DNA of 64,000 nucleotides. Origin: Blepharisma stoltei ATCC 30299. Lineage: Eukaryota; Protista; Ciliophora. Below, in pieces: positions 1 to 12,871 of the stretch. Under the pieces are notes generated by a model. The model was not told the origin of the DNA, did no database searches, and saw only the letters and a program-made list of their open reading frames with translations. Position numbers and translations under genes: made by a program. The stretch spans positions 186,001-250,000 of the forward strand of contig CBFDEM010000022.1 in NCBI GenBank assembly GCA_965603825.1, in the 5' to 3' direction. How positions within the stretch are numbered: the stretch's first letter is position 1; every line of letters begins with the position of its first letter.

Positions 1-455
1 ATTTTGCAAGCAATACTGATGCTTCATGAACCCCTTTTTGCGTCTTGATTCCAATTAAAATCAAGAGGATTGATCAGTATGGCGTTAAAATTATGGGTTT
101 AATCCTGATTAAAGAAAACTCAAAGAAATTAACAGCATTGTGATCCAAATTCTGTATTATTGAAATTAAGTTAGATTCATTGAAATAACTTATTATAGTG
201 AGCATTAATTAATGCCTTTTTAGTAAATAAATATTTTGATAAATAGTGTTATTAAACATTAAAAAAAAATCATTTTTGTAAAAATATTCATCTTAGCAAT
301 AGTTAATGCTATTTAAAAGAATAAAATACATTCTAAAGAGTTTAAGCTATAGTTTATTTTAAATAAAAAATCCATATTAATTTTATTCAAAAAAATCATT
401 TACTGACTTTTTTATTTATTGAAAGAAAAATAAAAATAATCATAGAAATATTTAT

Positions 456-2531
456 TTAATGTGATTTGCATACCAAACATATCATTGATCTGATTTGTGA
501 CATAATAAAAACTTTATCATTTTCTTCTATTCGAAATTCATCAAGTGCTTCTTCCATTTTATCAAGAAACAAATTAAACTCTTCTTCTAAAATTCCTAAA
601 TTTTGATGAATCGTTCTAATAGACCTTCTAAACTCAAGTGACACATTTCCACTGAAAACATTTCGTAGCCCTGATAAAATCATTTTTTGATTCGAATCTT
701 CAAAACGTTTATTTAATTTGTTTTCTGAAATAATTTTTTGAAAGAGTTTTACAACGAATTTATTTCAAAATTCATCTCCTCCATATTTAGAAACGAAATT
801 TTGGTTCAAAGAAGTATTCTTGGAATTTAATTTCATTTCATCATACAATTCTACAATGTCTGAATAGTGTTTTTTGGTGAATGCATGACTTTCATCATTT
901 CATAGCGGTTTATTTCGTTGAGCTTTGTGTCTTGATAATAAATTGTGTTGCAGGCAGGGAAATGAAGGTTTTAAATAGTCTGACTCGTTAGGAGATGGAG
1001 TCTGTGATTTTGATTTTTGTGATATTGAATTTATACGATCATTGTAAATGTTGATACATTGATCTTTAATTGAACAGTTTGAGATTGGAGGAAGGTGATT
1101 TTTTTCAATAATTTTATCGATCTTTTCTGATACTTGAGAGTATCTTTTAAATAAATCTTTTTCAATGGGCTCTGATATTTCGATAGCTGGGCAAATTTTT
1201 GACTTTTTCAGAGATAGCTGCCTTGGTTTGATACTTCTAAAAACATCATTTGGCATATTTTCTGTTTTTTGAATAAAATTGCTTTCTTTTGGTTCGTTTT
1301 CTTCTAAAATATTAATTTTTAGTTCAGGATTACTCTGTGTTCTTTGATGATGGATAACTTTAGAGTTTTTTCTTTTTAATCCTTCTGTGTCTTTGCTTTC
1401 AATTGAGCATTCTTTGCAATCAAGTAGAAATCATTTTTTGTCTTTGCTTTGTATAAAGTCAAGCACAATTCCAGAAATTTCTTTATTCGCCAACACCTTA
1501 CTATTTAAAAACTCAACTAACTGAGAAATCATTCCTTCAATTTCTGTAGTTTTAGCTTTATAGTCAAATGTAAAGCAATCTTCAGGCTTTTCAGTTGTCA
1601 AAATTAGCTTGGTTTCATTTTCTATTTCATTATTAATTTCTTCTAGGGTATTATCGTCATTTAAAAATTGCGATTCTTCTTTTTGCTCTTTTTTTTCCTT
1701 TCTTGACTTCCCAACAACTAAGGATTTGCTCCTTTCTTTTCCTCTTTGCTGGACTCTAAAAGGATTATTAATTGATTGCGATGTTTTTTGCAGAAAATCT
1801 GTGTATTTGAAATTTGCATATTCTGATGAGGTGTTTTTCCTATGGAATTTATTATTTGCTGAATTTATTTTTGGGTTAATTCTTGGACGGCTTTTTATTT
1901 TATTTCTTTTTATTATAGTAAAATACTTTGTTGGCTGCCCAAGTCTTCATAGAACTCGAGTGATTGATATTTGATTAGTCCTGCACTTAATAAACTCTTG
2001 CATTATATCGCATTCCTCTATCGATAATTTTCAAGCTGACTCAGTTTCATCTTTATTATATATTGATACAAAGCCTTTATATGGAATTTTATAGCAAAAG
2101 AGCGCTTCTTCTGTGCTAGATTTTAAATTAAAAATGCTAAAAAATTCATGATCGTTGCTTTCTTTGAAATAAACCTTCCCTGAAGGATTTGTTTGTATTA
2201 AATATGGTTTTAAGCAGTTTTCAAGTCTTACAAGAGTAGTTGGTAAATTTAGGGCAAGACTGCCTGATTTTAAGTTTCTTATTATTGATTCAAAAATATT
2301 TAGTTTGAAGCTATCTGATCCTTTTGGAAGTAAGCTATTTAGCTTTCCTACTGTTTTTTCAAGGTAAGGATTGCTATAAGAAAAACTTTTATTGCTTGGA
2401 TTTAATAGTCCCTTTTTGGTTGAGCTATGAATTAATGCTAGTAAATCTACCTTAAACTCAGCATTGTCAATATCCTCTAAAGCATTTTGATGAGAACTTT
2501 TCAGGCGCTCTATAAAGACTGTGTTTTCCAT
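456..2531 (-). CDS. Array gene 1 (subfamily A): ATP-grasp-like + truncated haemoglobin fusion, ~691 aa with TGA=Trp
   Basis: ORF pieces 456..683, 900..1256 and 2031..2591 are in one frame, separated by TGA at conserved Trp sites (ETESA-W, TRVL-W, GGDEF-W). ATG at 2531 (MENTVFIERL) matches paralog starts. Globin: KYGGDEFW...RSIRTIHQNLGI. Confidence 0.85.
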
Positions 2532-2923
2532 GTTTATTAATTTTAATAGAAGTTCGTAAGTAAGAAACAAAAAAAAATCAAATCGCTCCACAGTTTAAAA
2601 AAGTTTAATGAATTTTATTTTAATATGATTTATATGTCTTATTTAAACATAAATTATGATATTAAATTAAAAAATCCATATGATACGTAAGCTATAAACT
2701 GCTGTCAAAATGTTGCATTCTTTCGAATTTAGCTCTAATTAAAGGATTGGCAATTATAGATGCCTATAATTCTCATATAAGTGATCAATAACTATAGACC
2801 TTTTATGAAATTTCGATTTTATGTTTGATCATTAATTTTTATTTTAATTGAATTTTAGAAATATTTGCTTAAAAATCATTAAGCTTCAATTCATTAAAAA
2901 ATCGAATAATTAATTTAAATTAT

Positions 2924-4957
2924 TTAATATTTGCAAATCAAGCATTTCATTGAGGTCATTTGCTTCATCATAATTTGTTTATCTTCTTCCTCAATTTCAA
3001 ACTCATTTAAGGTGTTCTGAAACAGCTCAGAGTATATATCAAATTCCCATCCATAAATATTCCTGTTTTCATGAGATTTTTTTACACTTCTTCTAAATTC
3101 AAAAGTTGCATTGCCATTAAAGATTTGGCACATTCCACATATTATCATCCTCAAATCAGAGTTTGAGAAATGCTTGCACAAATCATTATTCCCCATTATT
3201 TTCCGATACAGTGATTTTATGAATTCTGTCCAAAATTCATCTCCACCATACTTTTTGACCAAATTTTGGCTCTTCACCTTTGCAAGCTCAGTATTCATCT
3301 TCATTTCATCTATTTTAGTAACAGCATCTAGAATAAGCTTTCGACTCACATCAGAAGTAGTACAGCTGTTTGCTAAATTAATTGAGTCGCTGCTTGCCCT
3401 ATGCCTCAAATAAGAGCATTGAATGCTTTTAGAAGAATCACTAGCCTCGTGATTTAAATGAGGAAGATGAAATTTTGAAAGATGGGAAGACAATTGATAG
3501 CTGCGGATATCTGGGCCACTTAAACAAATATTCTTAGGACTTCCAATAGAAGGCGAATTCAAATTCATAACACGCTCAAGTTTCGCATTAATTTTTGTTC
3601 ATTTTTCAAGGAAAGCTTCTTCTGTATTTAATGTGTAATCTCTTTGATGTTTTTGGGTATTTCGAATTTTAAATGGCAGCTCATGAATCATTTCTAATTC
3701 TTTTTTCTCTTCAGGCTCTTTTTCTATCCTAATTTCTATGTTCGCTTTTTCTCTTTGCATGCTAATTTCCTTATTGGATGGAAATGAGCTTTTACTCAAA
3801 CTAGATGAACTTCTTCTTGAATTTTTTATGGCTCTTATTGATGCATTAGGTGTTTGGTAATTTGTGGTCACTTCTTTGCAACCAATCAAAACCCACTTTT
3901 TTTCAGAATCTCGCATGAAATCAGCTCTGATTCCTTTGACTCTTTCATCTTTATAAATAGTTTTATTTAAAAACGATGCAATTTCAATCATCATTGCTTC
4001 AATTGTGGGATGCCTTATGAAATTTTGGACAATTAGGACATCATCAGAGCTTTCAGTATTTAAAACATAATCTTGATTATTTTCTTCACAACTACGAATA
4101 GGGGTATTATCACCGACTGGAACTTTTAGAAGTTTGGAGGTTGATAATGAATCAGAGAGTTTAGATGTCATTCTTTCAGGAGAGGATACAGGAGAAACCT
4201 TGCAAGGATTATTAATTGATTTTGAAGTTTGCATAATCATGCTTGCATACCGAAAATTGTTTGCAGGGAGTCCGTACTTGGCTTTAATGTTGAAACTACT
4301 ATTCTGAGGCGATTTAGAAGCTTCTCTTGATTTTTTGCAAATTTTTTTCCTGTTGACTATGGTAAAATATTTGCATTTTCTATTAAATTTTCATAAAACT
4401 CTTATTACAGATATTTGGCTTGAATTACATTTTATGTAATTTTGTAAACACGAATTCTCTTGATTTGAATCGAAAGAAGATTCTGCACCTTCTTTTGAGT
4501 AAATAGGAACTGTCTTTTTTTCAGGACCTTTATAAATGTATAATGGCCCTTCTTCCAAATTTTTTTTTGCGAATAAATTTAAATATTCGCTGAGTTGGCA
4601 GGGCCTGGATATAACTTGTCCATTTTTCTTGGTCTGAACTAAGAATGGAGTATCAATATTGGCGATTTTAACAAGTGATGCTGGGATATTTACATTGATA
4701 TTGGTTGAGTTTGAATATTGTGCTAATAAGCTAAAAATATCTGTTTTTATACCGTCTTTCAACTTTGGCAAAGAATTTTGTTTTTTTCTAATTTTTGAGA
4801 AGTTCAGATCATTGTCTTTCTTTAGATTTTCAAAATCTCCATAAGATAAAATGTCTTGCGTAGGTGAATTATTATTATTTAATTTTTCTTCTTCTTGTTG
4901 CTTATCATTAATATTAAGGCTTTCTCTCAAAGCTGCTTGCATTAGATTGATATCCAT
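2924..4957 (-). CDS. Array gene 2 (subfamily B-like): ATP-grasp-like + truncated haemoglobin fusion, ~677 aa
   Basis: Three same-frame ORF pieces joined at TGA; ends in TAA. Globin: LVKKYGGDEFW..LYRKIM..HF..KKSHENRNI. Confidence 0.88.
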
Positions 4958-5342
4958 TTTATTAGAATACTGATGCAGTTACAGAAAAAAAAATAAAAGA
5001 ATTTACTAGCAAAAATTGATGAACAAACAGACTACTATTTAGTCTTAAAATATTTGCGTTCTCTATGAATTAAGATTATGATAAGAAATAAAGATTTGGC
5101 TATGATAAAAGTTGATTTCTGATGGCCATGCTATTTTTATTTATCAATTTTTCGCTAGAAGCTGAAAATTCAAATTTATTTAAATTTGACAAATGATTAA
5201 TTATTTGCTATAATATAAAGAATTTTTTATATTTTAGCCAGTTTAGACAATATTTATTTGATTGATATGAAATACCCATTATGCAAATATGTTAAACTCA
5301 TATGTAAGCTAATCTTAGCTAGTTTCATAAGACTAAGCATTT

Positions 5343-5454
5343 CTATTGTGCCTGCTTACAAATAAGACCTTTCATCGATTTAATTTGAGATGCAATTAAT
5401 TGCTTGTCTTCTTCTTGTACTCGATACTCATCAAGGGTTTTAAGAAAAATCTCA
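5343..5454 (-). pseudogene. Orphan 3' fragment (last ~37 codons including TAG) of array gene 4, left at the duplication junction
   Basis: 5343-5454 is a near-copy of 8173-8284 (…EEDKQLIASQIKSMKGLICKQAQ*), then switches abruptly to a copy of the gene 1/gene 2 spacer. Confidence 0.88.
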
Positions 5455-5748
5455 TTAAAATATAAATTATGATATTAAATTAAAAAATCCATAAGGTACG
5501 TAAGCTAATAAAACTGCACTAAAAATGATACATTCTTTCGATTTAGCTTCTCATTAAAGGATTGGCAATTATAGATGCCTGTAATTCTCATATAAAATTA
5601 TCAATAACTATAGATATCTACATACCTTTTATGAAATTTCGATTTATGTTTGATCATTAATTTTTATTTTAATTGAATTTTAGATATGTTGGCTTAAAAA
5701 TCATTAAGCTTCAATTCATTAAAAAATCTAATAATTACTTTATATTAT

Positions 5749-7779
5749 TTAATATTTGCAAATCAGGCATTTCATTGAGGTTATTTGCTTCATTATAATT
5801 TGTTTATCTTCTTCCTCAATTTCAAACTCATTTAAGGTGTTCTGAAACAGCTCAGAGTATATATCAAATTCCCATCCATAAATATTCCTGTTTTCATGAG
5901 ATTTTTTTACACTTCTTCTAAATTCAAAAGTTGCATTGCCATTAAAGATTTGGCACATTCCACATATTATCATCCTCAAATCAGAGTTTGAGAAATGCTT
6001 GCACAAATCACTATTCCCCATTATTTTCCGATACAGTGATTTTATGAATTCAGTCCAAAATTCATTTCCGCCATACTTTTTGACCAAATTTTGGCTCTTC
6101 ACCTTTGCAAGCTCAGTATTCATCTTCATTTCATCTATTTTAGTAACAGCATCTAGAATAAGCTTCCGACTCACATCAGAAGTAGTACAGCTGTTTGCTA
6201 AATTTATTGAGTCGCTGCTTGCTCTATGTCTCAAATAAGGGCATTGAAGGCTGTTAGAAGAATCACTAGCCTCATGATTTAAATGAGGAAGCTGTAATTT
6301 TGGAAGATGGGAGGACGATTGATAGCTGCGGATATCGGGGTCACTTAAATAAGTATTCTTAGGACTTCCAATAGAAGGCGAATTCAAATTCATAACACGC
6401 TCAAGTTTCGCATTAATTTTTGTTCATTTTTCAAGGAAAGCTTCTTCTGTATTTATTGTGTAATCTCTTTGCTGTTTTTGGGTATTTCGAATTTTAAATG
6501 GCAATTCATGAATCATTTCTAATTCTTTTTTCTCTCCAGGCTCTTTTTCTATCTTAATTTCTATGTTCACTTTTTCTCTTTGTATGCTACTTTCCTTATT
6601 GGATTGTAATGGGGTTTTATTTGAATTTGATGAACCTCTTCTTGAATTTTTTATGGCTCTTGTTGATGTATTAGGTGTTTGGTAATTCGTAGCCACTTCT
6701 TTGCAGCCAATCAAAACCCACTTTTTTTCAGAATCTCGCATGAAATCAGCTATGATTCCTTTGACTCCTTCATCTTTATAAATAGTTTTATTTAAAAACG
6801 ATGCAATTTCAATCATCATTGCTTCAATTGTGGGATGCCTTATGAAATTTTGGACAATAAGGACATCATCAGAACTTTCAGTATTTAAAACATAATCTTG
6901 ATTATTTTCTTCAAACCTACGAATAGGGGTATTATCACCGACTGGAACTTTTAGTAGTTTGGAGGTTGATAATGAATCAGAGAGTTTAGATGTCATTCTT
7001 TCAGGAGAGGATACAGGAGAAACCTTGTAAGGATTATTGATTGATTTTGAAGTTTGCATGATCATGCTTACATACCGAAAATTGTTTACAGGGAGTCCGT
7101 ACTTGGCTTTAATGTTGAAACTATTATTCTGAGGTGATTTAGAAGCTTCTCTTGATTTTTTGCAAATTTTTTTCCTATTGACTATGGTAAAATATTTGCA
7201 TTTTCTATTTAATTTTCATAAAACTCTTATTACAGATACTTGACTTGAAATACATTTTATGTAATTTTGTAAACACGAATTCTCTTGATTTGAATCGAAA
7301 GAAGATTCTGCACCTTCTTTTGAGTAAATAGGAACTGTCTTTTTTTCAAGACCTTTATAAATGTATAATGGCCCTTCTGCCAAAATTTTTTTTGCGAATA
7401 AATTTAAATATTCGCTGAGTTGGCAGGGCCTGGATATAACTTGTCCATTTTTCTTGGTCTGAACTAAGTACGGAGTATCAATATTGGCGATTTTGACAAG
7501 TGATGCTGGGATATTTACATTGATATTGGTTGAGTTTGAATATTGTGCTAATAAGCTAAAAATATCTGCTTTTATACCGTCTTTCAACTTTGGCAAAGAA
7601 TTTTGTTTTTTTCTAATTTGTGAGAAGTTCAGGTCATTGTCTTTCTTTAGATTTTCAAAATCTCCATAAGATAAAATGTCTTGCGTAGATGAATTGTCAT
7701 TTAATTTTTCTTCTTCTTCTTGCTTATCATTAATATTAAGGCTTTCTCTTAAAGCTGCTTGCATTAGCTTGATATCCAT
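5749..7779 (-). CDS. Array gene 3 (recent duplicate of gene 2): ATP-grasp-like + truncated haemoglobin fusion, ~676 aa
   Basis: Same-frame ORF pieces joined at TGA; near-identical to gene 2. Confidence 0.88.
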
Positions 7780-8172
7780 TTTATTAGAATACTGATGCAG
7801 TTACAGAAAATAAAATAAAAGAATTTAGCAAAAATTGATGAACAAATAGACTACTATTTAATCTTAAAATATCTACGCACTCTATGAATTAAGATTATGA
7901 TAGGAAATAAAGTTTTGGCTATGATAAAGGTTGGTTTCTGATGGCCATGCTATTTTTATTTATGAAATTCATCAATTTTTCGCTAGAAGCTGAAAATTCA
8001 AATTTATAATAATTTAACAAATGATTAATAGTTTGCTATAATATAAAGAATTTTTTTTTATTTTTTGTCATTTAGACAATATTTATTTGATTGATATGAA
8101 ATACCTATTATGCAAATATGTTAAACTCATATGTAAGCTAATCTTAGCTAGTTTCATAAGACCAAAACGTTT

Positions 8173-10272
8173 CTATTGTGCCTGCTTACAAATAAGACCT
8201 TTCATCGATTTAATTTGAGATGCAATTAATTGCTTGTCTTCTTCTTGTACTCGGTACTCATCAAGAGTTTTAAAAAAAATCTCAGTATAGCAGTCAAAAT
8301 CTCTTTCGCTTATACCTAAATGATGGTGAACAGATCTAATTTTTCTCCGGAGTTCTAAACCGACACTACCACTGAATATTTGAAAAATTCCTGAATGGAT
8401 TCTTGCAAAATCTTTAAGTTGTGAATTTTTAAAATGTCTGCTTAGGGTTTCAGATGATAAAATTTGATTATAGAGAGAAACAATAAAGCTATCCCAAAAT
8501 TCAGATCCTCCATATTTTTCGACTAGATTTTTAAAGCCTGTCTTTGCCATTTTGATCTTAGATATAATTTCATCAAAGTGATCAACAGTATCAGAAAAAC
8601 ATTTTTTTGTATAAGCATGCTGCTTATCGTTTCACAAAGAATCTATTTGTTTATTTAACAATTTCTTTTTGCTTGCTTGAAATTGATAAATCTGGCTGCT
8701 TTTCTTATCGTTATACGGTGATGAAAAGTTGCTGTTTATAGGATAATTATTACTTGGTTCATCTAAGCAATTTTTCGAAAATACCAGCTTTTTGCTTGAT
8801 ATTATTTTGTTTAGTTTTTCATTTATAGTGTTGTATCTTACAAGCAATTCTTTTTCGCTATCTATGCTTGCCTTATTAACTTTGCTTGCCTTTTTCCTTA
8901 TTTTAAATGGAAGCATATTTTCATTTTTTACTTCTTCACGAACTCGTTGCAAGCTATTTTCTTTTGCTCTTCCTTCTGACTTCTTTTTAACTGTTTCATC
9001 AAAAGATCTGGCTCTTCTTGTCTTCAGAATTTTCATTTGTTTATTTTTCATCCTCCCTATTTCGATTGGGAGTTTACTATCAATAAAGTATTCATTACAT
9101 TCTAAAAAAAATCAATTTTGATTTTTATCTTGTATAAAGTCCAATACAATCCCACCAACGCCTTGCTGATAAAATACCTGCGTACTTAAAAAATTCACAA
9201 TTTCTTCAAGCATCTTTTCTATTTGTGGAATTTTCGTATTAACTTCTATCCCATAGCAGCTTTCAATTTCTTTGGTATTCACAACAAAGCCTCTATCTCG
9301 TGCATCATTAAATATAATTTCGTCAAGCGAAAATGATTTTTCTTGAACACTCAGGTCATCTTCTTCTAAAATGCATTCTGAGCTCAACGATGCTTCAAGT
9401 GGAAAATTATTTGTTTTATTTGATTTATGAGGAATTTCAGTTCGAGAACGGACCAATCCAGATCTAATAAACTCTTGAGGCTTTGATTTAAGCTTGAAAG
9501 GGTTATTAACTGACTGTGAAAGAGGCTGAATCATGTTCCTATATTTAAAATCGCATAAATTTGAATACGATTTATTTAGCGTCATGGCTCTTTTTTTATT
9601 TCTCTGTGGATTTTTGAAAGATCTATAAATAGTTTTTGAACGGTTGATAATAGTGTAGTATTTAGATGTTGTACATTTTCTTCAAACAACTCTTATAATT
9701 GATTGCGGATTGCTCTTGCAATTAATGAAGTATTGCAATAAAGCATTGCTTTCTGCAGATTTCCATGTTTTTTTAGCATCATCAGCTGAAAATAAAAGTG
9801 AAACTCCTTTACTCTTTAGTTTATAGCAAAATAATGGAATAAAAGAAGATCTTTTATTTGTAAAAGGCTCAAAAAAGTCATCTTCTACAATTTCACTTGA
9901 TTGAACTTCAATAGACCCATTTTGGCTTGTGAATAATGCAAAGGGAACTGAAATATTGTCCATTTTCAAAAGAGTGGTAGGGATACTGATTTTTGGTTTG
10001 ATTTTCGTATTATATTTTGCAAATTGTTGAAATATATTGAGGTTCTGTGATTCTGTAGACTTAGGAAGCAAATTATTTAATTTGTGTACATAGGAATTTT
10101 TGGCAAATTCAGGAAATGCAATTGCTTTCGACTGAATGGATCGAAGAAGCCCTTTCTGCAATGAGGTGTTAATTAGTGATCTAATATCTTCTCTGAAGTT
10201 GATAATTTCATCTCTGACGATTGCATTTTGATGAAAATCCTTCAAGCATTCCAAGATTTTAGGGATATCCAT
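8173..10272 (-). CDS. Array gene 4 (subfamily A): ATP-grasp-like + truncated haemoglobin fusion, ~699 aa; retains an E-x-N motif
   Basis: Four same-frame pieces joined at TGA. VLDFIQDKNQN-W-FFLECNE; globin LVEKYGGSEFW…RSVHHHLGI; TAG stop. Confidence 0.88.
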
Positions 10273-10415
10273 TTTTTTGTCCTCAAGATAGTTAGGATTA
10301 ATTTTTAACTTTTATTTCGCCAATATCCAAAAAAAAATAAAGAATAAATAACATTTTATCTAATAATATACCTTTAAGCTACTTATGAAATTGACATTAA
10401 AATTGCTTATAATAA

Positions 10416-12482
10416 TTATATAAGCTTGCTATTATTTTTCCCTCTGCAAATAAGCCACTTCATAGACCTAATTTGAATCATTATAATATGTATGTCTTCG
10501 TCTTTTACATCATGCTCACGAAGCACACTATCAAAAATATCAACGTACAAGTTAAATTCTTTTTCAGTAATTCCCATCCCTTCATGCACAGCTTTAATTC
10601 TTCTTCTAAAATCAAGCGTAGCGCACCCATTGAACACTTTAAACATGCCATTAAAAATTGTTTGCAAATTATAATGCTCATAAAATTTGGTCAAAGCATC
10701 ACAAGCCGTAATCTTCTTATATAGTGAAGAAATAAAGCGGCTTCAAAACTCGTCTCCTCCATAAGCTTCAACTAAATTTCTACTCTTTATTTTTAAAAGT
10801 TCTGTATTCATATTCATCTCATCTATTTTATCAATGACATCTGTAAAGCATTTATTAATATGGTCGTTATATTTATTATCCCACAGAGAATTCGAAGTAT
10901 TATGAATATTCGATGCAGGAGACTCGTGGATGTCTTTTTTCCCTTCTTCAGGAGAATTAGTAATTGTTAAATCAGTCATTGAATCACTTTTAATATGCCT
11001 TGCTTGATAAGCTCTAATGCTTTGTTCTTCAGCGTCAACTAGCCTAGCCATCATAGATGGCTTCAAACTTACTGCATGGTCTATTTTTTTGGAAGCTTTG
11101 TGCCATTTTTCCATAAAATCAGATTCGTTAATTCCTGATTTTTGACTATCATTTAAAGGGGAATTTAAAATAAATGGGCAACTTTGCATAACTCCTGGAG
11201 TCAAACTCATTTTTCGGAGAGGCTTGCTTTCATCAAGCTGTGGAGAAGATGGGAGATAAGGGCATTTAGGGGTAGAGTCTGCAATTTGGTTGATTTTAAT
11301 GTTAAAGTTGAAATTTTTTATGTTTGGCTTCGGCATATTTACATATGATAAAGTTCTTCTTTTCATTTTTGGTGGTAAATCAGCTCTTTTTACATATCTT
11401 ATTTCCGGAAGCATTTTTTGCTGCAAAACAATTTCTTTTGAGTCTAAAAACACCCACTTTTTGTCCTTATCACAAGTGAAATCAAGTAGCATTTCTCCAA
11501 GTTCTCCATTTCTATATGCATTATCGCATAAAAATTTTGTAATTCTGTTGACCATGTTTTCTATATCAGCTACTTTTACTGTGTCTTCAATTACAGTTAT
11601 AGTGTCAAGTTCGCGTGGATTCACAATATTGCTATTTGTATTATTTGGCAAACTCATCACAGTTGAGATTTCACATAAGTTCTTATCATAAAAAGCAGGA
11701 TTCAGTATGCTATTCTGAGACATCAGCGACTCTGTGCGCTTATGTTTTAATTTGTCCTGAGCTAAGGTGACTTTAAAAGGGTTATTTATGGATTTTGAAG
11801 TTTTGGAAATCATATCAGTGTACCTAAAATCTCCACCCATCATGGTATTGCTTCTCTTTTTCTTGCTTACCATTGTAATTGTGTTGAGTTTTTTTATTGT
11901 TGTTTCTTTTTGCGTAAAATTGTACTTTACTCGGTTGGAAATCAAGAAATATTTACTTTTCATCCCAACTCTTCAATGGACTCTTATTATTGATGAAGGC
12001 TTAGACCTACAATGAACAAAATGCTGAATCCTCGCTGCAGTGTTGCTGGTGGAATTCCATAAGGATTCAGCGCTTTCTCGGGTATAGAGAAAGATAGTTT
12101 CGTGGCCTACAGTTTTATAACAGTAGATTGGGGATTCATGGTCACTTTTCCCGTTATATAAATTGAAAAATTCGCCTTCTGAACACTGTTTTGAGGTCAC
12201 CGCTCCATATTTATTGCTTTGAACCAAGTAAGGCTGTCCTACAGTGCATAGGCGAACTAGTGTGATGGGGATATTAATACATAAGTTATTTTGTTTGGCA
12301 AAGGTTGAAAAAAGTCGAAAGGGGTCAAACTGTTGCCCATTGTACAGCTTCGGTAAGGAATTGAATTCCCTGTGATTGGTGACGTAGTCGTCTATTTTTT
12401 GCCTTTGGCTTTGCTGGCCGTTTGATGGGGTTCCTGTTGAGATATTGCCAAAATCGTCAATTGCTATTTCACTTTCTTCCAT
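10416..12482 (-). CDS. Array gene 5 (subfamily B): ATP-grasp-like + truncated haemoglobin fusion, ~688 aa
   Basis: Same-frame pieces 10416..10694, 10743..11963 and 11973..12482 joined at TGA (IIRVH-W, GGDEF-W). Confidence 0.88.
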
Positions 12483-12871
12483 TCAGTTTATGGCTTGATT
12501 AATATTATCATCTTATATGTGAGGGATTTTTTTATAGTCTTAATTTAAATAATTTGGCAAGTTTTGGATTATAAAATATAATGAATGATTCGATTTTAGT
12601 GAGGGGAATGTTATAACTTGTAAATTTTAGTCAGTATTAGGTATTTATGATACATATTGATTTTGAGCTATTTCACTTCATAATTATAGAGATCTCTTTA
12701 AAACTTTTTGGCTTAATAGATTTGAGATATATAAATGGCTAGAATTGTTTATATTTATGTCTTAGAAAATATAAATTATATGATTAATAATTATTTTGAA
12801 TATCTTTTATCAATTTAATTTTATGCACCTTATTATCAATAGCATTATTGAATTTAAAAAATCTCAAAAAT

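Larger units (their letters stand above)
2640..8284. repeat. Recent ~2.8 kb tandem duplication (units ~2640-5454 and ~5455-8284), including intergenic DNA
   Basis: Genes 2 and 3 and their non-coding flanks are near-identical (aaattatgatattaaattaaaaaatccata at ~2650 and ~5464; matching upstream regions at ~4958-5340 and ~7780-8170). Confidence 0.9.

Noticed and set aside
2532-2591. ORF-track N-terminal extension of gene 1 from GTG (similar non-ATG extensions at 48310 and 54723)
   Set aside because: Non-ATG starts in AT-rich leader; the downstream ATGs match paralog or family starts.
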